Assembly (NCBI GenBank): GCA_965660195.1
Contig: CBFHZM010000001.1
Coordinates: 9,096 to 73,095, forward strand
DNA length: 64,000 bases
Origin: Alphaproteobacteria bacterium
Lineage (GTDB): Bacteria; Pseudomonadota; Alphaproteobacteria; RS24
Direction of reading: 5' to 3'
Made by a program: the position numbers and the translations under genes. Below the pieces are notes generated by a model. The model ran no database searches, was not told the DNA's origin, and saw nothing but the letters and a program-made list of their open reading frames with translations. Below, in pieces: positions 9,005 to 20,611 of the stretch (position 1 is its first letter; each line of letters begins with the position of its first letter).

Positions 9005-11553
9005 CCAGATTTCTTCTTACGTGCGGGCGCCCGCTTTTTCTTGGCTGGCCCTTTCGCACGTCGCGCCTCAATCAGCCCCATGGCCCGCTCCATAGTGATG
9101 CTAGCCGGATCTTCGTCCTTCGGAATGGTGGCATTTATTTTGTCATGTTTCACATAAGGTCCGAAGCGGCCGTTCATTACCCGCACTGGCTTGCCGTCAT
9201 CGGGGTGTTCGCCCAATTCCTGAATTACGCTTTGCGAGGTCGCCCGTCCGGGCCCTTTGGCTTTACGCTCGGCAAGAACAGTTACCGAACGATTGATACC
9301 AATCTCGAACACTTCGTCAGCAGTCTCGAGGCTAGCCGATTGTTTGCCGCATTTAATATAGGGCCCATAGCGGCCAATATCAGCGGTGATATCTTCGCCC
9401 GTTTCCGGGTGAGGACCAACCAGTCGCGGCAACGACAGTAGCTTCAAAGCGTAGTCAAGGTCCATCTCTTGTGGCGTCTTTCCTTTCGGAATACCAGCAC
9501 GTTTTGGTTTCTCATTATCCTCAGATTTTTCGCCAAGTTGGATATAAGGACCAAAACGTCCATTTTTCACATGTACATCGAAACCCGAGTCTGGATCCTG
9601 TCCGAGGACGCGTTCAATATCTCCCTGTTCTGCCTGCTCGCCGGCAAAGGGGCGGGTGAAGCCACAATCGGGATAGCGGGTGCAACCGACAAAGGCGCCG
9701 AAGCGGCCTGTTTTAAGGCTCAGATCGCCTTCATTGCATTTTGGGCACTGGCGTGGATTGCCATCGCCCGTATCTTTAAAAATGTGCGGCCCCAGAACAT
9801 CATTCATGCGGTCGAGTACAACTGTGTTTCGAAGCTCTAAGGTTTGATCAATATTAGGCTTAAAATCACTCCAGAAACGGCGCAGAACATCGAGATAGCT
9901 CATTTCACCATTTGAAATCAGGTCGAGATCACGCTCGAGCGAGGCGGTGAAATCATATTCGACATAGCGCTCGAAAAAGCTTTCCAGGAAAGCAACGACC
10001 AATCGCCCTTTGTCTTGAGGGATGAAGCGGTTGCGATCCATGACAACATAATCGCGTTCACGCAACACCGACAGCACCGACGCATAAGTCGAGGGCCGCC
10101 CGATGCCTAGCTCTTCCATTTTCTTGACCAAAGAGGCTTCTGAATAACGTGGAGGTGGTTCAGTAAAATGTTGTTCGGGCTTAACCTCGGACACGCTCAA
10201 CACCTGGCCTTCTTGCAGGTCTGGAAGCCGGACCCCGTCCTTGTCATCTTCGACAGCCTCGTCTTGACCTTCCTCGTACACTCCCAAAAAACCTGGGAAG
10301 GTGATGACGGTGCCGCTGGCGCGCAAACCCGTTTGTCGGTCTTGGCTAATAATGTCGACCGTGGTGCGCTCGACACGTGCAGGGTTCATTTGGCAGGCCA
10401 ATGTCCGCTTCCAAATCAACTCATACAGCTTTTGCTCGTCAATGTTAAGCAAAGCCTTAATGTCGTCGGGTGCGCGCATAATTGAGGTCGGGCGGATCGC
10501 CTCATGCGCTTCTTGCGCATTGGCAGCCGTTTTAGTATACCGCCGCGCGGCTTCGGGCAAATAATCATTGCCATAGTCTTGTTGGATTTTGTCACGAATT
10601 TCGGTCACAGCAGAGGCATCTAGATCAAGACCGTCGGTCCGCATATAGGTAATCAGACCGGTCGTCTCACCGCTGATTGAGACCCCTTCATAGAGCTTCT
10701 GCGCCACCTGCATGGTACGGCTAGCAGAAAAACCGAGCTTGCGTGCCGCTTCCTGTTGAAGGGTTGAGGTGGTGAAGGGTGGTGCGGGGTTACGATTACC
10801 AGGTTTGCGTTCGACGCGATCGACGGTAAAGCTCGCATTGCGGATGGCATTTTCGGCATCGCGTGCCATCACTTCATTTTCGAGTGTGAACTTATCAGCC
10901 TTTTCGCCCCGATAGAGGGAGAGACGGGTCGGAACCGTAGCCGCGGTCGGCGTTTTAAGTATCGTATCGACACTCCAATATTCGCGCGGCTTAAACTGTT
11001 CAATCTCAATTTCCCGCTGGCAAATTAGGCGCAGAGCGACCGATTGCACGCGCCCGGCTGATCGGGCGCCCGGCAATTTACGCCACAAAACCGGCGACAA
11101 ATTAAAGCCCACCAGATAGTCCAATGCGCGGCGTGCGAGATAGGCATCGACCAGTTTTTCATCAATTTGTCGCGGATGTTCCATCGCCTCCAATACGGCC
11201 GTACGCGTAATGGCATTAAAGACTACACGGCTGATTGATTTGCCTTCGAGGACTTTTTTCTTCCGCAAAACTTCGAGAACGTGCCAGGAGATAGCTTCGC
11301 CTTCACGATCAGGGTCGGTCGCGAGGATCAGACGGTCCGCTGTTTTCACAGCATTGGCGATTTCGTCGAGCCGGCTTTTCTTGCCGCCATTGATTTCCCA
11401 GGTCATAGCAAAATCTTGATCGGGATCGACGGAGCCATCTTTTTCTGGCAGATCGCGGACGTGCCCTATGGATGCGAAAACTTTCGTATTGCTTCCGAGA
11501 TACTTATTTATTGTTGTCGCTTTCGCGGGCGACTCGACAATGACGACATCCAT
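9001..11553 (-). CDS. topA: DNA topoisomerase I
   Basis: 850 aa. It has a TOPRIM N-terminus (VVIVESPAKA...ATDPDREGE), the active-site region GLITYMRTDG, C-terminal zinc-ribbon-like repeats and a basic tail. Confidence 0.95.
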   Translation of the reverse strand: MDVVIVESPAKATTINKYLGSNTKVFASIGHVRDLPEKDGSVDPDQDFAMTWEINGGKKSRLDEIANAVKTADRLILATDPDREGEAISWHVLEVLRKKKVLEGKSISRVVFNAITRTAVLEAMEHPRQIDEKLVDAYLARRALDYLVGFNLSPVLWRKLPGARSAGRVQSVALRLICQREIEIEQFKPREYWSVDTILKTPTAATVPTRLSLYRGEKADKFTLENEVMARDAENAIRNASFTVDRVERKPGNRNPAPPFTTSTLQQEAARKLGFSASRTMQVAQKLYEGVSISGETTGLITYMRTDGLDLDASAVTEIRDKIQQDYGNDYLPEAARRYTKTAANAQEAHEAIRPTSIMRAPDDIKALLNIDEQKLYELIWKRTLACQMNPARVERTTVDIISQDRQTGLRASGTVITFPGFLGVYEEGQDEAVEDDKDGVRLPDLQEGQVLSVSEVKPEQHFTEPPPRYSEASLVKKMEELGIGRPSTYASVLSVLRERDYVVMDRNRFIPQDKGRLVVAFLESFFERYVEYDFTASLERDLDLISNGEMSYLDVLRRFWSDFKPNIDQTLELRNTVVLDRMNDVLGPHIFKDTGDGNPRQCPKCNEGDLSLKTGRFGAFVGCTRYPDCGFTRPFAGEQAEQGDIERVLGQDPDSGFDVHVKNGRFGPYIQLGEKSEDNEKPKRAGIPKGKTPQEMDLDYALKLLSLPRLVGPHPETGEDITADIGRYGPYIKCGKQSASLETADEVFEIGINRSVTVLAERKAKGPGRATSQSVIQELGEHPDDGKPVRVMNGRFGPYVKHDKINATIPKDEDPASITMERAMGLIEARRAKGPAKKKRAPARKKKSG

Positions 11554-11654
11554 GCAGTGTTTTTCCCATCGGTTTGGCTTCCATAAATGGTCAAAATACA
11601 GCGCGATGTCAAATGGCAGAATATTGTCGGGAGCAGAAAAAAGATAAAAATGCT

Positions 11655-12791
11655 CTAGTCAGGCGTCGCTAGGCTGACTTTACCGTCATTATGACGGATC
11701 AAAAGGCCCGCCAGTTCCAGCTCCAGAAGCGCTTGATAAATATAGGGAAGTGGCATTTCTGTGAGTTCGATTAAAGCGTTGATGCTGACAGCCGTCGGCC
11801 CCAAGAGTCTGTGGATCTGACCGCGATTGCTATCTGATAGCTCAGGGGGCGAAGCAGGGCGGTGGCTCGGCTGGGTTGGCGCGCGCGCCTCAAATCGTCC
11901 AACGCTGAGTGACATGGCAGCGTCAATATCATCAGCGGTCTCGACTAAACCGGCGCCTTCGCGGATCAAATTATTCGACCCTAAACACCTTGGGTCAAGC
12001 GGTGAGCCCGGAACTGCAAAGACATCGCGCCCGAATTCATTGGCTAAGCGCGCTGTAATCAGTGATCCCGATCGGCGAGCGGCTTCGATCACTAAAGTGC
12101 CGCGCCCAAGTCCAGCAATGATGCGGTTGCGCCGCGGAAACTGTGTTGCCTGTGGCTTAGTACCGGGCGGGTTTTCACAAATGAGCAGGCCAGTTTCTTT
12201 AATTTTTTCCTGCAAAGCGGCGTTCTCCGGCGGGTAGTAAATATCGGCGCCGTTGGCAATGACGGCGATGGTGCCGCTGTGCATCATGGCTTTATGGCAG
12301 GCGGTATCAATGCCGCGCGCAAGGCCTGAGACACCGACCCACCCCCGCCGGCCCAATTCCGTGCAGAGACGGGCGCAAAGCGTTAAGGCTGCTGCCGATG
12401 CATTGCGTGCACCGACAATGGCCATGGCCGGTTTTTCCAGCAGGGAAGCGTGCCCAAATATGCTAATTATAGGTGGTGCGCTCGGCGTCTCGGCGAGGAG
12501 CCTTGGGTAGAGCGGACTACCCCAGATTAAATATGTTCCCCCCAGATTAAGCGTTTTTGCAAGTTCGCCTTCGACCTGCCGAGCGGCCGCGACCTTAAAG
12601 TTCTTGCGTCCGCCGCGCGCTGAAAGCGCTGGTAGGGCATCGAGTGCCTCCTGCGGAGATGCATAATTATGCATTAACATTTGAAAGCTTTGCGGACCGA
12701 CATTTTGACTTCGGACGATTCTCAAGCAGGTGATTAGGTTTTGCTTTCTATGCCACATGGTGCATCTTTTCTTATTCTTATTACTGCCCAT
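11655..12791 (-). CDS. dprA: DNA-processing protein DprA (Smf)
   Basis: Rossmann-like DprA core (VSGLARGIDTACH, VIEAARRSGSLITA) and a C-terminal winged-helix region. The start is uncertain (12791 or the ATG at 12758). Confidence 0.85.
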   Translation of the reverse strand: MGSNKNKKRCTMWHRKQNLITCLRIVRSQNVGPQSFQMLMHNYASPQEALDALPALSARGGRKNFKVAAARQVEGELAKTLNLGGTYLIWGSPLYPRLLAETPSAPPIISIFGHASLLEKPAMAIVGARNASAAALTLCARLCTELGRRGWVGVSGLARGIDTACHKAMMHSGTIAVIANGADIYYPPENAALQEKIKETGLLICENPPGTKPQATQFPRRNRIIAGLGRGTLVIEAARRSGSLITARLANEFGRDVFAVPGSPLDPRCLGSNNLIREGAGLVETADDIDAAMSLSVGRFEARAPTQPSHRPASPPELSDSNRGQIHRLLGPTAVSINALIELTEMPLPYIYQALLELELAGLLIRHNDGKVSLATPD

Positions 12792-12842
12792 AACGCTGGG
12801 CGCTAGGATAGTATTGTCTATTCTGTGGCGGCAGGGAAGAGC

Positions 12843-13451
12843 TTAGGATTTACCGATACGCGGTTCCTGGGCAGCGATCAGGCGCTTGATGTTTTCGCGG
12901 TGCGTCCAGTAGGCAATCAGCGCCAAAAGCCCGCAAAGGATGGCTAGATTTAAATCGCCAAGGGCAAGCATGGCGACGGGGACAGCAAGGCAAGCCGCTA
13001 AGGCCGCGAGCGATGAGATTTTGAACAAGGCGGCCGTCGCCAGCCAAGCGCTGACGAAGACCAGTGCCGCGAGCGGGTTGAGGGCGAGCAGGACGCCAAT
13101 GAAAACTGCTATGCCTTTACCACCTTTGAAACCTAACCAGACCGGAAAAACATGCCCTATAAAAGCGCCCAGCGCAGCGGCACTTTGTGCCGTCTCAAGG
13201 TCGGGCGCCGCGGCAAACAGCTGACCGATAATCAGGACGGGGGCGGCGCCTTTCAGGGCGTCGGCGAGCAAGGTTAGCAAGGCAATCGATTTTTTTCCTG
13301 TTCTGAGGACATTGGTCGCTCCGATATTGCCGGAGCCAATGGTTCGGATATCGCCGAGCCCCGCCATTTTTGTGAAGAGGAGGCCAAACGGCACTGACCC
13401 GCTTAAATACCCAGCGACAAAACTCAGAAGTAAAAAATCGAGAGGTGTCAT
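12843..13451 (-). CDS. plsY: Glycerol-3-phosphate acyltransferase PlsY
   Basis: 202 aa polytopic membrane protein with SGNIGATNVLRTGKK and FKGGKG motifs. Its start overlaps the pyrC stop by 4 nt. Confidence 0.9.
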   Translation of the reverse strand: MTPLDFLLLSFVAGYLSGSVPFGLLFTKMAGLGDIRTIGSGNIGATNVLRTGKKSIALLTLLADALKGAAPVLIIGQLFAAAPDLETAQSAAALGAFIGHVFPVWLGFKGGKGIAVFIGVLLALNPLAALVFVSAWLATAALFKISSLAALAACLAVPVAMLALGDLNLAILCGLLALIAYWTHRENIKRLIAAQEPRIGKS

Positions 13452-14737
13452 GCTAAATCATCATCGCGGGCGTAAACGCATTTTCCAGCCACAAATGTCG
13501 CCTCGACGCGGCCCTGCACACGGCGCCCCTCCAAAACTGCATTTTTTGACTTTGAAGCAAGGTCATCGGCATCGATAATCCAAGGCGCATCGAGATCAAC
13601 CAGTGTTAAATCCGCAGCTGCGCCGAGCGCCAAGCGGCCGCCGTCAATGCCGAGAATATCGGCAGGCCCGGAGGTTACTGCCCGCAACAAGGTCAGCAAA
13701 TCTACGCCATCGCTATGGTGCAGGGTGATCAGGCCGGTCAATAAGGTTTCGACGCCAACCGAGCCGAATGCCGCCTGTTGAAAAGGTTGACGCTTAGCAT
13801 CGGCGTCTTGCGGATTATGGGCTGAAACAATGACATCAATAATACCATCGCTAACCGCATCAACCAGGGCAAGGCGATCGCCTTCTGCTCGAAGCGGCGG
13901 ATTTAGTTTTGCAAAGCTGCGGTAATTTTCGACGTCATTTTCATTGAGGAGTAGGTGGTTAATGCTGACACCGCAACTAACGCCTAAGCCGAGGGCGCGC
14001 GCCTGACGCAGGCTGGCAACGCTGTCTGCCGATGAAACCTGCGCCAAGTGATAGCGTCCATCGGTTAACTGTACGAGGCGCAAATCTCGGTCGATAATTA
14101 CCGTCTCAGCCGCCACCGGAATACCAGGAAGACCGAGGCGTGTGGCAAGTTCGCTTTCATTCATGACGCCCGCGCTGAGCAGGTTCTCATCCATCGCATG
14201 ATGTACAATCAAGGCGTCGAAGCTGGCGGCATAAGACAGCGCCCGCCGCATCGTCAAGGCATTCATAATACTGCGGTCGCCATTGGAGAAGGCGATAGCG
14301 CCGGCATCGCGCAACAAAGCCATTTCGCTTAAATGGTCGCTGTCGCATCCTTTGGTGATTGCGGCCATGGGGATAACACGTACCATGGCAGTGTCGCGCG
14401 CGCGCCGACTGATAAAGTCAACCAAAGCGGCATCGTCAATCGCCGGCCGCGTATCGGGCATCACTACAATGCTGGTGACGCCACCGCGTGCTGCGGCATG
14501 CGAGGCTGTGGCCAGTGTTTCGCGGTGTTCGTATCCTGGTTCTCCGGTATGCACTTGCATATCGATCAAGCCCGGCATCAGTGCTTTGCCGCTGCCGTCA
14601 ATGCAAGCGCTCTCGTCGCCCGATAAAGTCTCTCCGAATTCTACGATGTGGCCATCTTTGACCCGCAGGGCACCGATCATATCAAGCCCCGAGGCAGGGT
14701 CGAGGAGGCGAACGTTTTGGAATAAAAGGTCAGTCAT
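13448..14737 (-). CDS. pyrC: Dihydroorotase (multifunctional-complex/PyrC' type amidohydrolase)
   Basis: Amidohydrolase fold ([10 protein letters not shown]...) located directly downstream of pyrB. I chose the ATG at 14737 ([14 protein letters not shown]), which overlaps pyrB by 8 nt. Confidence 0.85.
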   Translation of the reverse strand: MTDLLFQNVRLLDPASGLDMIGALRVKDGHIVEFGETLSGDESACIDGSGKALMPGLIDMQVHTGEPGYEHRETLATASHAAARGGVTSIVVMPDTRPAIDDAALVDFISRRARDTAMVRVIPMAAITKGCDSDHLSEMALLRDAGAIAFSNGDRSIMNALTMRRALSYAASFDALIVHHAMDENLLSAGVMNESELATRLGLPGIPVAAETVIIDRDLRLVQLTDGRYHLAQVSSADSVASLRQARALGLGVSCGVSINHLLLNENDVENYRSFAKLNPPLRAEGDRLALVDAVSDGIIDVIVSAHNPQDADAKRQPFQQAAFGSVGVETLLTGLITLHHSDGVDLLTLLRAVTSGPADILGIDGGRLALGAAADLTLVDLDAPWIIDADDLASKSKNAVLEGRRVQGRVEATFVAGKCVYARDDDLA

Positions 14738-15710
14738 GGCTCGCCTCGTTCTCGCCATTGCGTGGTAAGTTTAACGCCAAGGCTTCGAGCGCGGCCATGC
14801 GGACAGCGACGCCCATTTCCACCTGTTCACGGATCAAGCTTACATCGGGGTGATCGGCAATCGCGCTATCGATTTCAACGCCGCGGTTCATCGGCCCTGG
14901 ATGCATTACCAGCGCGCCAGGTTTAGCATAGCCGAGCTTTTCTTCGTCCAGTCCATAGAGGTGATAATATTCGCGCACGGAGGGGACTAAGCTGCCGCTC
15001 ATACGTTCATTTTGCAAGCGCAGCATCATGACAATATCGCAGCCCGCGAGGCCTTGTTTCATGTCATAGAAAACATTGGCGCCGAGACGTTCAGCGCTAT
15101 GCGGAATAAGGGTGCGAGGGCCAACCAAATTGATTTGAGCGCCCATCATCGACAATAAGATAATGTTCGATCGTGCTACGCGCGAATGCGCAATATCACC
15201 ACAAATGGCAATTTTGAGACCATCAAGTCGGCCCAGCCGCCGCCGAATGGTTAGCGCGTCGAGAAGCGCTTGCGTTGGGTGCTCGTGCGCCCCGTCACCT
15301 GCATTAAGGACTGCGCAAGAGACTTTTTGTGCTAGCAGCGCGACGGCGCCACTGGCGCTGTGGCGGACGACAATCAAATCGGGGTTCATGGCGTTGAGGG
15401 TAACGGCTGTGTCGATCAGCGTCTCGCCTTTGCTCATAGCAGAAGCGGCAACATTCATGTTCATAACATCGGCGCCTAGGCGCTTGCCAGCGAGCTCAAA
15501 AGAACTTTGCGTCCGGGTCGAGCTTTCAAAAAATAGATTAATCTGCGTCCGGCCACGCAGAACATTACCTTTTTTGTTGGCTTGTCGATTGAAGCTGATA
15601 TAGCTTTCAGCGCGGTCGAGGAGATTTTCAATATCCTGCTTAGAAAGCCCCTCAATGCCCAGCAAATGCTGGTGCGGAAAACAGTTGCTTTCGGGCGCTT
15701 CACTCATCAA
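14730..15710 (-). CDS. pyrB: Aspartate carbamoyltransferase catalytic subunit
   Basis: 326 aa with the signature motifs [12 protein letters not shown] and HPGP. Confidence 0.93.
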   Translation of the reverse strand: MMSEAPESNCFPHQHLLGIEGLSKQDIENLLDRAESYISFNRQANKKGNVLRGRTQINLFFESSTRTQSSFELAGKRLGADVMNMNVAASAMSKGETLIDTAVTLNAMNPDLIVVRHSASGAVALLAQKVSCAVLNAGDGAHEHPTQALLDALTIRRRLGRLDGLKIAICGDIAHSRVARSNIILLSMMGAQINLVGPRTLIPHSAERLGANVFYDMKQGLAGCDIVMMLRLQNERMSGSLVPSVREYYHLYGLDEEKLGYAKPGALVMHPGPMNRGVEIDSAIADHPDVSLIREQVEMGVAVRMAALEALALNLPRNGENEASHD

Positions 15711-15756
15711 AGCCGTAGTCTATACGGATTTGTCGGCTTTGTGGCAAGCGAATTTA

Positions 15757-16236
15757 TTACTTGGCTGACCGTAAAAAATCGAGGTAGCCCTGCAATATGT
15801 ATGTTGCAGCAAGTTTATCTACGAGCTCGGCGCGACGGGCGCGGCTGGCATCGGCATCAATTAAGGTGCGAGTGACGGCGGCTGTTGACAAACGTTCATC
15901 CCACAACACCACAGGCAGCGACGGAAAATTGTCAATTTTAGCCAAATTTCGGATAAAAGCCCGCGTTGCTTGGGCGCGTGGGCCAGCACTCCCATCCATA
16001 TTAAGCGGATACCCCATGACGACGCCGCCAATTTGCCGAGCTGTGATCAGCGTTTGAAGCGCTTGCGCATCAATCGAGAGCTTTTGCCGTTTGATTGTCT
16101 CACTCGGTGAGGCAATGGTAAAATTGGTATCGGAGAGGGCAATACCAATTGTTTTGGTGCCGAGATCGAGCCCGACAAGAATCTGCCCCCGCTGCATCAG
16201 ACGCGGCAAAGACAGCATATCTTCTAAGATGTCCAT
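15757..16236 (-). CDS. ruvX: Putative pre-16S rRNA nuclease / Holliday junction resolvase-like YqgF
   Basis: 159 aa with [15 protein letters not shown] and WDERLST, typical of RuvX/YqgF. Confidence 0.85.
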   Translation of the reverse strand: MDILEDMLSLPRLMQRGQILVGLDLGTKTIGIALSDTNFTIASPSETIKRQKLSIDAQALQTLITARQIGGVVMGYPLNMDGSAGPRAQATRAFIRNLAKIDNFPSLPVVLWDERLSTAAVTRTLIDADASRARRAELVDKLAATYILQGYLDFLRSAK

Positions 16237-16367
16237 TTTGCTGTGTTACCGCAGTTCACGCCGAAGGGAAATATTGAATGCGTGCGACGCTCGGGTGAGT
16301 TGCCTGATGGGGTGCGGTTTGCTAGTTTGCCTTCAATTGATTTGAATCATTTTCGAAAAGGCGAATT

Positions 16368-16655
16368 ATGTCGGTTGATGAAGCAACCGTGCGACGCATT
16401 GCGAAGCTAGCGCGCATCGGTGTTGAGGAGGCGGAGCTTGCCGGATTGGCACAAGAGCTCTCGCAGATCCTAAAATTTGTAGAGCAATTAAACGAGTTGG
16501 ATACGGCGGGTGTCACGCCACTGACCAGCGCAGTCGAAACGCAAATCAAACGCCGTGCTGATGAAGTCACGGATGGCGCGATTGTCGATCAGATTTTGGC
16601 CAATGCGCCGTCTCGCGATGAAGAATTTTTTGCCGTGCCAAAGGTGGTGGAATAA
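16368..16655 (+). CDS. gatC: Asp/Glu-tRNA(Asn/Gln) amidotransferase subunit C
   Basis: 95 aa, [17 protein letters not shown]..., immediately followed by gatA (TAATG overlap). Confidence 0.92.
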   Translation: MSVDEATVRRIAKLARIGVEEAELAGLAQELSQILKFVEQLNELDTAGVTPLTSAVETQIKRRADEVTDGAIVDQILANAPSRDEEFFAVPKVVE

Positions 16656-18130
16656 TGTCAGAGCTTGTTGATCTCGATCTGGTTGCCGCCCGTGATGGAT
16701 TGCGGAAAAAAGACTTTACGGCTGTTGAGCTTTGCGAGGCGCATATAAAACAGATGCAAGAAGCCCGCGCGCTTAATGCGGTGGTGCATGAGGTTGCTGA
16801 TATCGCACTCACCATGGCCGCCCAGAGCGATGCGCGACTGGCTGCGGGCAGCACGGCGCCGCTTGAGGGGCTGCCGATTGGTGTGAAAGATTTATTTTGC
16901 ACCAAGGGCGTCCAAACCACGGCCTGCTCGAATATTCTTGGCGGCTTTACGCCGACTTATGAATCGACCGTAACACAAAACCTCTGGGATGCTGGTGCGG
17001 TGATGTTGGGTAAACTTAACAATGACGAATTTGCCATGGGATCTTCAAATGAGACCTCGCGTTTTGGCGCGGTAATTAATCCTTGGCGTCGCGAAGGCAC
17101 GGACACCGCGCTGGTGCCGGGCGGCTCGTCTGGCGGCTCCTCGGCAGCAGTGGCCGCCCATATCGGTGTGGCAGCAACGGCGACCGATACGGGGGGCTCC
17201 ATTCGTCAGCCCGCGGCCTTTACGGGAACAGTAGGGTTGAAGCCCACTTACGGCCGTTGCTCGCGTTGGGGCATTGTGGCTTTCGCTTCATCACTCGATC
17301 AAGCCGGCCCGATTACGCGCACCGTGCGGGACGCGGCGATTATGCTCGGAGCTATGGCGGGACATGACGCTAAAGACACCACGAGCATTGATGCGCCGGT
17401 GCCAGATTATGAGGCAGCGCTGACGGGGGATATTCGTGGTCTGAAAGTCGGTATTCCGCGCGAATATCGCGTTGACGGCATGTCACCGGAAATCGAAGCT
17501 TTGTGGCAAAAAGGTATTGATTGGCTCACATCAGCAGGTGCCGATATTGTTGATATCAGCTTGCCGCATACGCACTATGCTCTGCCAGCTTATTACATTA
17601 TTGCGCCAGCGGAAGCCTCTTCAAATCTCGCACGCTATGATGGCGTGCGCTACGGGGCGCGGGTTGAGGGGGGCGATATTGACGGTATGTATGAAGCAAC
17701 CCGTGCCGCAGGCTTTGGTGACGAAGTACGCCGACGCATTATGATCGGAACATATGTGCTCTCGGCCGGCTATTACGATGCCTATTATGTTAAAGCGCTT
17801 CAAGTCCGGCGTCTGATCGCTAATGATTTCTCGGCCGCATTTGAGCAATGCGATGTGGTGTTGACACCAACGACGCCGTCGGCGGCCTTCGCCATGGGTA
17901 GCAATCAAGATGATCCATTGACGATGTATCTCAATGACGTCTTCACGGTGACGGCTAATTTGGCAGGTGTACCAGCCATGTCGCTGCCCGCCGGGCTCGA
18001 TAAGGACGGCCTACCGTTAGGCTTGCAGTTGATTGGTCCAGCCTTTGGTGAAGAGACATTGTTGCGCACAGCGCAGGTGATGGAAACCGCCGCTGGTTTT
18101 ATAGCGCGACCACAAAAATGGTGGGTCTAA
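16655..18130 (+). CDS. gatA: Asp/Glu-tRNA(Asn/Gln) amidotransferase subunit A
   Basis: 491 aa with the amidase signature [12 protein letters not shown]...[11 protein letters not shown]. Confidence 0.95.
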   Translation: MSELVDLDLVAARDGLRKKDFTAVELCEAHIKQMQEARALNAVVHEVADIALTMAAQSDARLAAGSTAPLEGLPIGVKDLFCTKGVQTTACSNILGGFTPTYESTVTQNLWDAGAVMLGKLNNDEFAMGSSNETSRFGAVINPWRREGTDTALVPGGSSGGSSAAVAAHIGVAATATDTGGSIRQPAAFTGTVGLKPTYGRCSRWGIVAFASSLDQAGPITRTVRDAAIMLGAMAGHDAKDTTSIDAPVPDYEAALTGDIRGLKVGIPREYRVDGMSPEIEALWQKGIDWLTSAGADIVDISLPHTHYALPAYYIIAPAEASSNLARYDGVRYGARVEGGDIDGMYEATRAAGFGDEVRRRIMIGTYVLSAGYYDAYYVKALQVRRLIANDFSAAFEQCDVVLTPTTPSAAFAMGSNQDDPLTMYLNDVFTVTANLAGVPAMSLPAGLDKDGLPLGLQLIGPAFGEETLLRTAQVMETAAGFIARPQKWWV

Positions 18131-18131
18131 G

Positions 18132-19610
18132 ATGAACGATCGAAATAATCTAATTTCGGGTGCAACGGGAGACTGGGAAATTGTTCTCGGTCTCGAGGTG
18201 CATGCGCAGGTGGCATCGAAAGCAAAACTTTTCTCGGGTGCCTCGACGGAGTTTGGCGGTGCGCCGAACAGCCATGTATCTTTAGTCGATGCCGCCATGC
18301 CGGGTATGCTTCCCGTGATTAACTGGTTTTGTGTCGAGCAGGCCGTGCGCACAGGATTGGGTCTAAAAGCACAAATTAATCTGATGTCGGTGTTTGATCG
18401 GAAGAATTATTTTTATCCCGATTTGCCGCAAGGCTACCAAATCTCGCAATTTAAATACCCGATTGTCGGCGAAGGTGTGATCGAGATTGACCTCGATGAC
18501 GGTGAGGTCAAGCATGTAGGCATTGAGCGTCTGCATCTTGAGCAAGACGCGGGTAAGTCGATGCACGACCAGCATCCGACGATGAGCTTTGTTGACTTGA
18601 ACCGTTCGGGTGTCGCTTTGATGGAAATCGTCTCCAAGCCAGACATGCGCTCGGCTGCTGAAGCACAAGCCTATGTCAAAAAATTACGCGCGATCTTACG
18701 GTATCTCGGCACCTGCGATGGCAATATGGAGCAGGGCAGTCTGCGTGCTGATGTGAATGTGTCGGTGCGCCGCCCAGGCGATGCTTTAGGCACGCGCTGC
18801 GAGATCAAGAACGTAAACTCAATTCGGTTTATTGGGCAGGCGATTGAATATGAAGCGCGCCGGCAAATCGCGCTGATTGAGGATGGTGGACAAGTTGATC
18901 AAGAGACTCGGTTGTTTGACCCGCGCCTTGGTGAAACACGCTCGATGCGCTCGAAAGAAGAAGCGCATGATTATCGTTATTTCCCCGACCCCGATTTGGT
19001 GCCGCTAACTTTCGAGCAGGCTTGGGTTGACGAGATTGCCGCTGATTTACCAGAGTTGCCCGATGATAAGAAGCAGCGCTTTATGGAACAATATAAGCTG
19101 TCCTCTTATGATGCGGGTCTGTTGGTCGCCGAAGCTGAGAGCGCTAATTTCTTTGAACAGGTCGCGCAGGGTCGTGATGCCAAAATGGCGGCCAATATGG
19201 TGGTCGGTAGCATGTTTGCGGCACTCAATCGGTCTGGCAAGTCGCTCGCTGAAAGTCCCGTATCAGCCGAACAACTGGGCGCCTTAATTGATCTCGTCGC
19301 CAATCAAACTGTGTCGACGCGCAGCGCTAAGGATGTTTTTGAGCTGATGTTCGATGACGGGCCAGATCAAGGTAAGGATCCGGCCTTAATTGTCGAGGAA
19401 CGCGGTTTGCAACAGGTAACCGATACCGGCGAGATTGAAGCCGCTGTGGACGCAGTGATTGCCGCCAATCCCGACAAGGTCACGCAAGCGCAAGAGAAGC
19501 CTAAAATGGCTGGCTGGTTCGTTGGGCAAGTGATGCAGCAAACGGGGGGTAAGGCCAACCCACAGGCGGTCAACGCGCTGGTGCTCAAAAAGCTTGGTCT
19601 CGACGGCTAG
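18132..19610 (+). CDS. gatB: Asp/Glu-tRNA(Asn/Gln) amidotransferase subunit B
   Basis: 492 aa with [30 protein letters not shown] and a C-terminal YqeY-like domain. Confidence 0.95.
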   Translation: MNDRNNLISGATGDWEIVLGLEVHAQVASKAKLFSGASTEFGGAPNSHVSLVDAAMPGMLPVINWFCVEQAVRTGLGLKAQINLMSVFDRKNYFYPDLPQGYQISQFKYPIVGEGVIEIDLDDGEVKHVGIERLHLEQDAGKSMHDQHPTMSFVDLNRSGVALMEIVSKPDMRSAAEAQAYVKKLRAILRYLGTCDGNMEQGSLRADVNVSVRRPGDALGTRCEIKNVNSIRFIGQAIEYEARRQIALIEDGGQVDQETRLFDPRLGETRSMRSKEEAHDYRYFPDPDLVPLTFEQAWVDEIAADLPELPDDKKQRFMEQYKLSSYDAGLLVAEAESANFFEQVAQGRDAKMAANMVVGSMFAALNRSGKSLAESPVSAEQLGALIDLVANQTVSTRSAKDVFELMFDDGPDQGKDPALIVEERGLQQVTDTGEIEAAVDAVIAANPDKVTQAQEKPKMAGWFVGQVMQQTGGKANPQAVNALVLKKLGLDG

Positions 19611-19679
19611 CGCCGTGCCGCATCTTTTTATTCTCTTGGCGTTGAGCTTTCTGGGCCTGTTGGCTTCCTGCGTAGTTGG

Positions 19680-20498
19680 TTAGCGGCCGCTAAATTTGGC
19701 GTCACGCTTTTCGAGGAACGCAGTGACGCCTTCGGCAAAATCTGCACTTTGGCCAGCTTGGCGTTGCATTTGACGTTCCATATTGAGCTGGTTCTCGTAA
19801 TTATTATCGGTGCTTTCGGCCATCAGGGCGCGAATGAGCCCGAGTGACATCGGGCCTCTCGCCAACTCGCGCGCCAGCGTCATGGCCTCATCCATCAACG
19901 CAGCGTCATCATAAACGCGATTGATCAAGCCCCATTCGAGCGCTGTTTCGGCAGGTAGGCGTTCACCCAAAATGGCCAATTCCTTAGCTCTAGCCATACC
20001 GATCAGGCGCGGTAACAGCCATGTCGCACCACCATCGGGCACCAAGCCGATACGCCGAAAAGCTTGTAGGAAGAAAGCCGAGCGGCCGGCCAGAACCATA
20101 TCGCCCATGAGCGCAAAGCTCATGCCAACGCCAGCCGCGGCCCCATTTACGGCGGTAACTATCGGGCAGTGCAAATCGCGCAAACGGCGCATTATTGGAT
20201 GATAAGTGGTCTCAAGCGCGGCACCGGCATCTAATTTTTTCGGAGCGCTATTGGTGGTTTCGGCTTCATTGCGCTCAGCCACGGAAGTGAGATTGGCGCC
20301 GGCACTAAAGCCGCGTCCCGCACCGGTTAGGACGAGGCAGCGCACTTGATTGGTGTCGTCTTCAATATGGTCGAGCGCTGCGGCAAAGGCGCGCAAAACA
20401 CGTGGTGAAAACGCATTTAGCGTATCAGGATCGTTGAGTGTTAGAACCGCAATATTGTCCTGAATATCAAGTAAAACGCCGTCTAAGTCTAACTGCAT
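19680..20498 (-). CDS. Enoyl-CoA hydratase/isomerase (crotonase) family protein
   Basis: Crotonase fold (LTGAGRGFSAGANL, oxyanion-hole region). The ATG at 20498 sits 5 nt after GGAGG; the track start at 20510 forms that SD. Confidence 0.85.
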   Translation of the reverse strand: MQLDLDGVLLDIQDNIAVLTLNDPDTLNAFSPRVLRAFAAALDHIEDDTNQVRCLVLTGAGRGFSAGANLTSVAERNEAETTNSAPKKLDAGAALETTYHPIMRRLRDLHCPIVTAVNGAAAGVGMSFALMGDMVLAGRSAFFLQAFRRIGLVPDGGATWLLPRLIGMARAKELAILGERLPAETALEWGLINRVYDDAALMDEAMTLARELARGPMSLGLIRALMAESTDNNYENQLNMERQMQRQAGQSADFAEGVTAFLEKRDAKFSGR

Positions 20499-20611
20499 GA
20501 TCGCCTCCATTTTAAGCCCTTAATCCCTTACGGCCAAACTATATCAAAAAACTTCTCTTGGCATCACCTGATGGATTTGGTTAAGTTGTCGCAGACACAA
20601 GGAGGACCAGT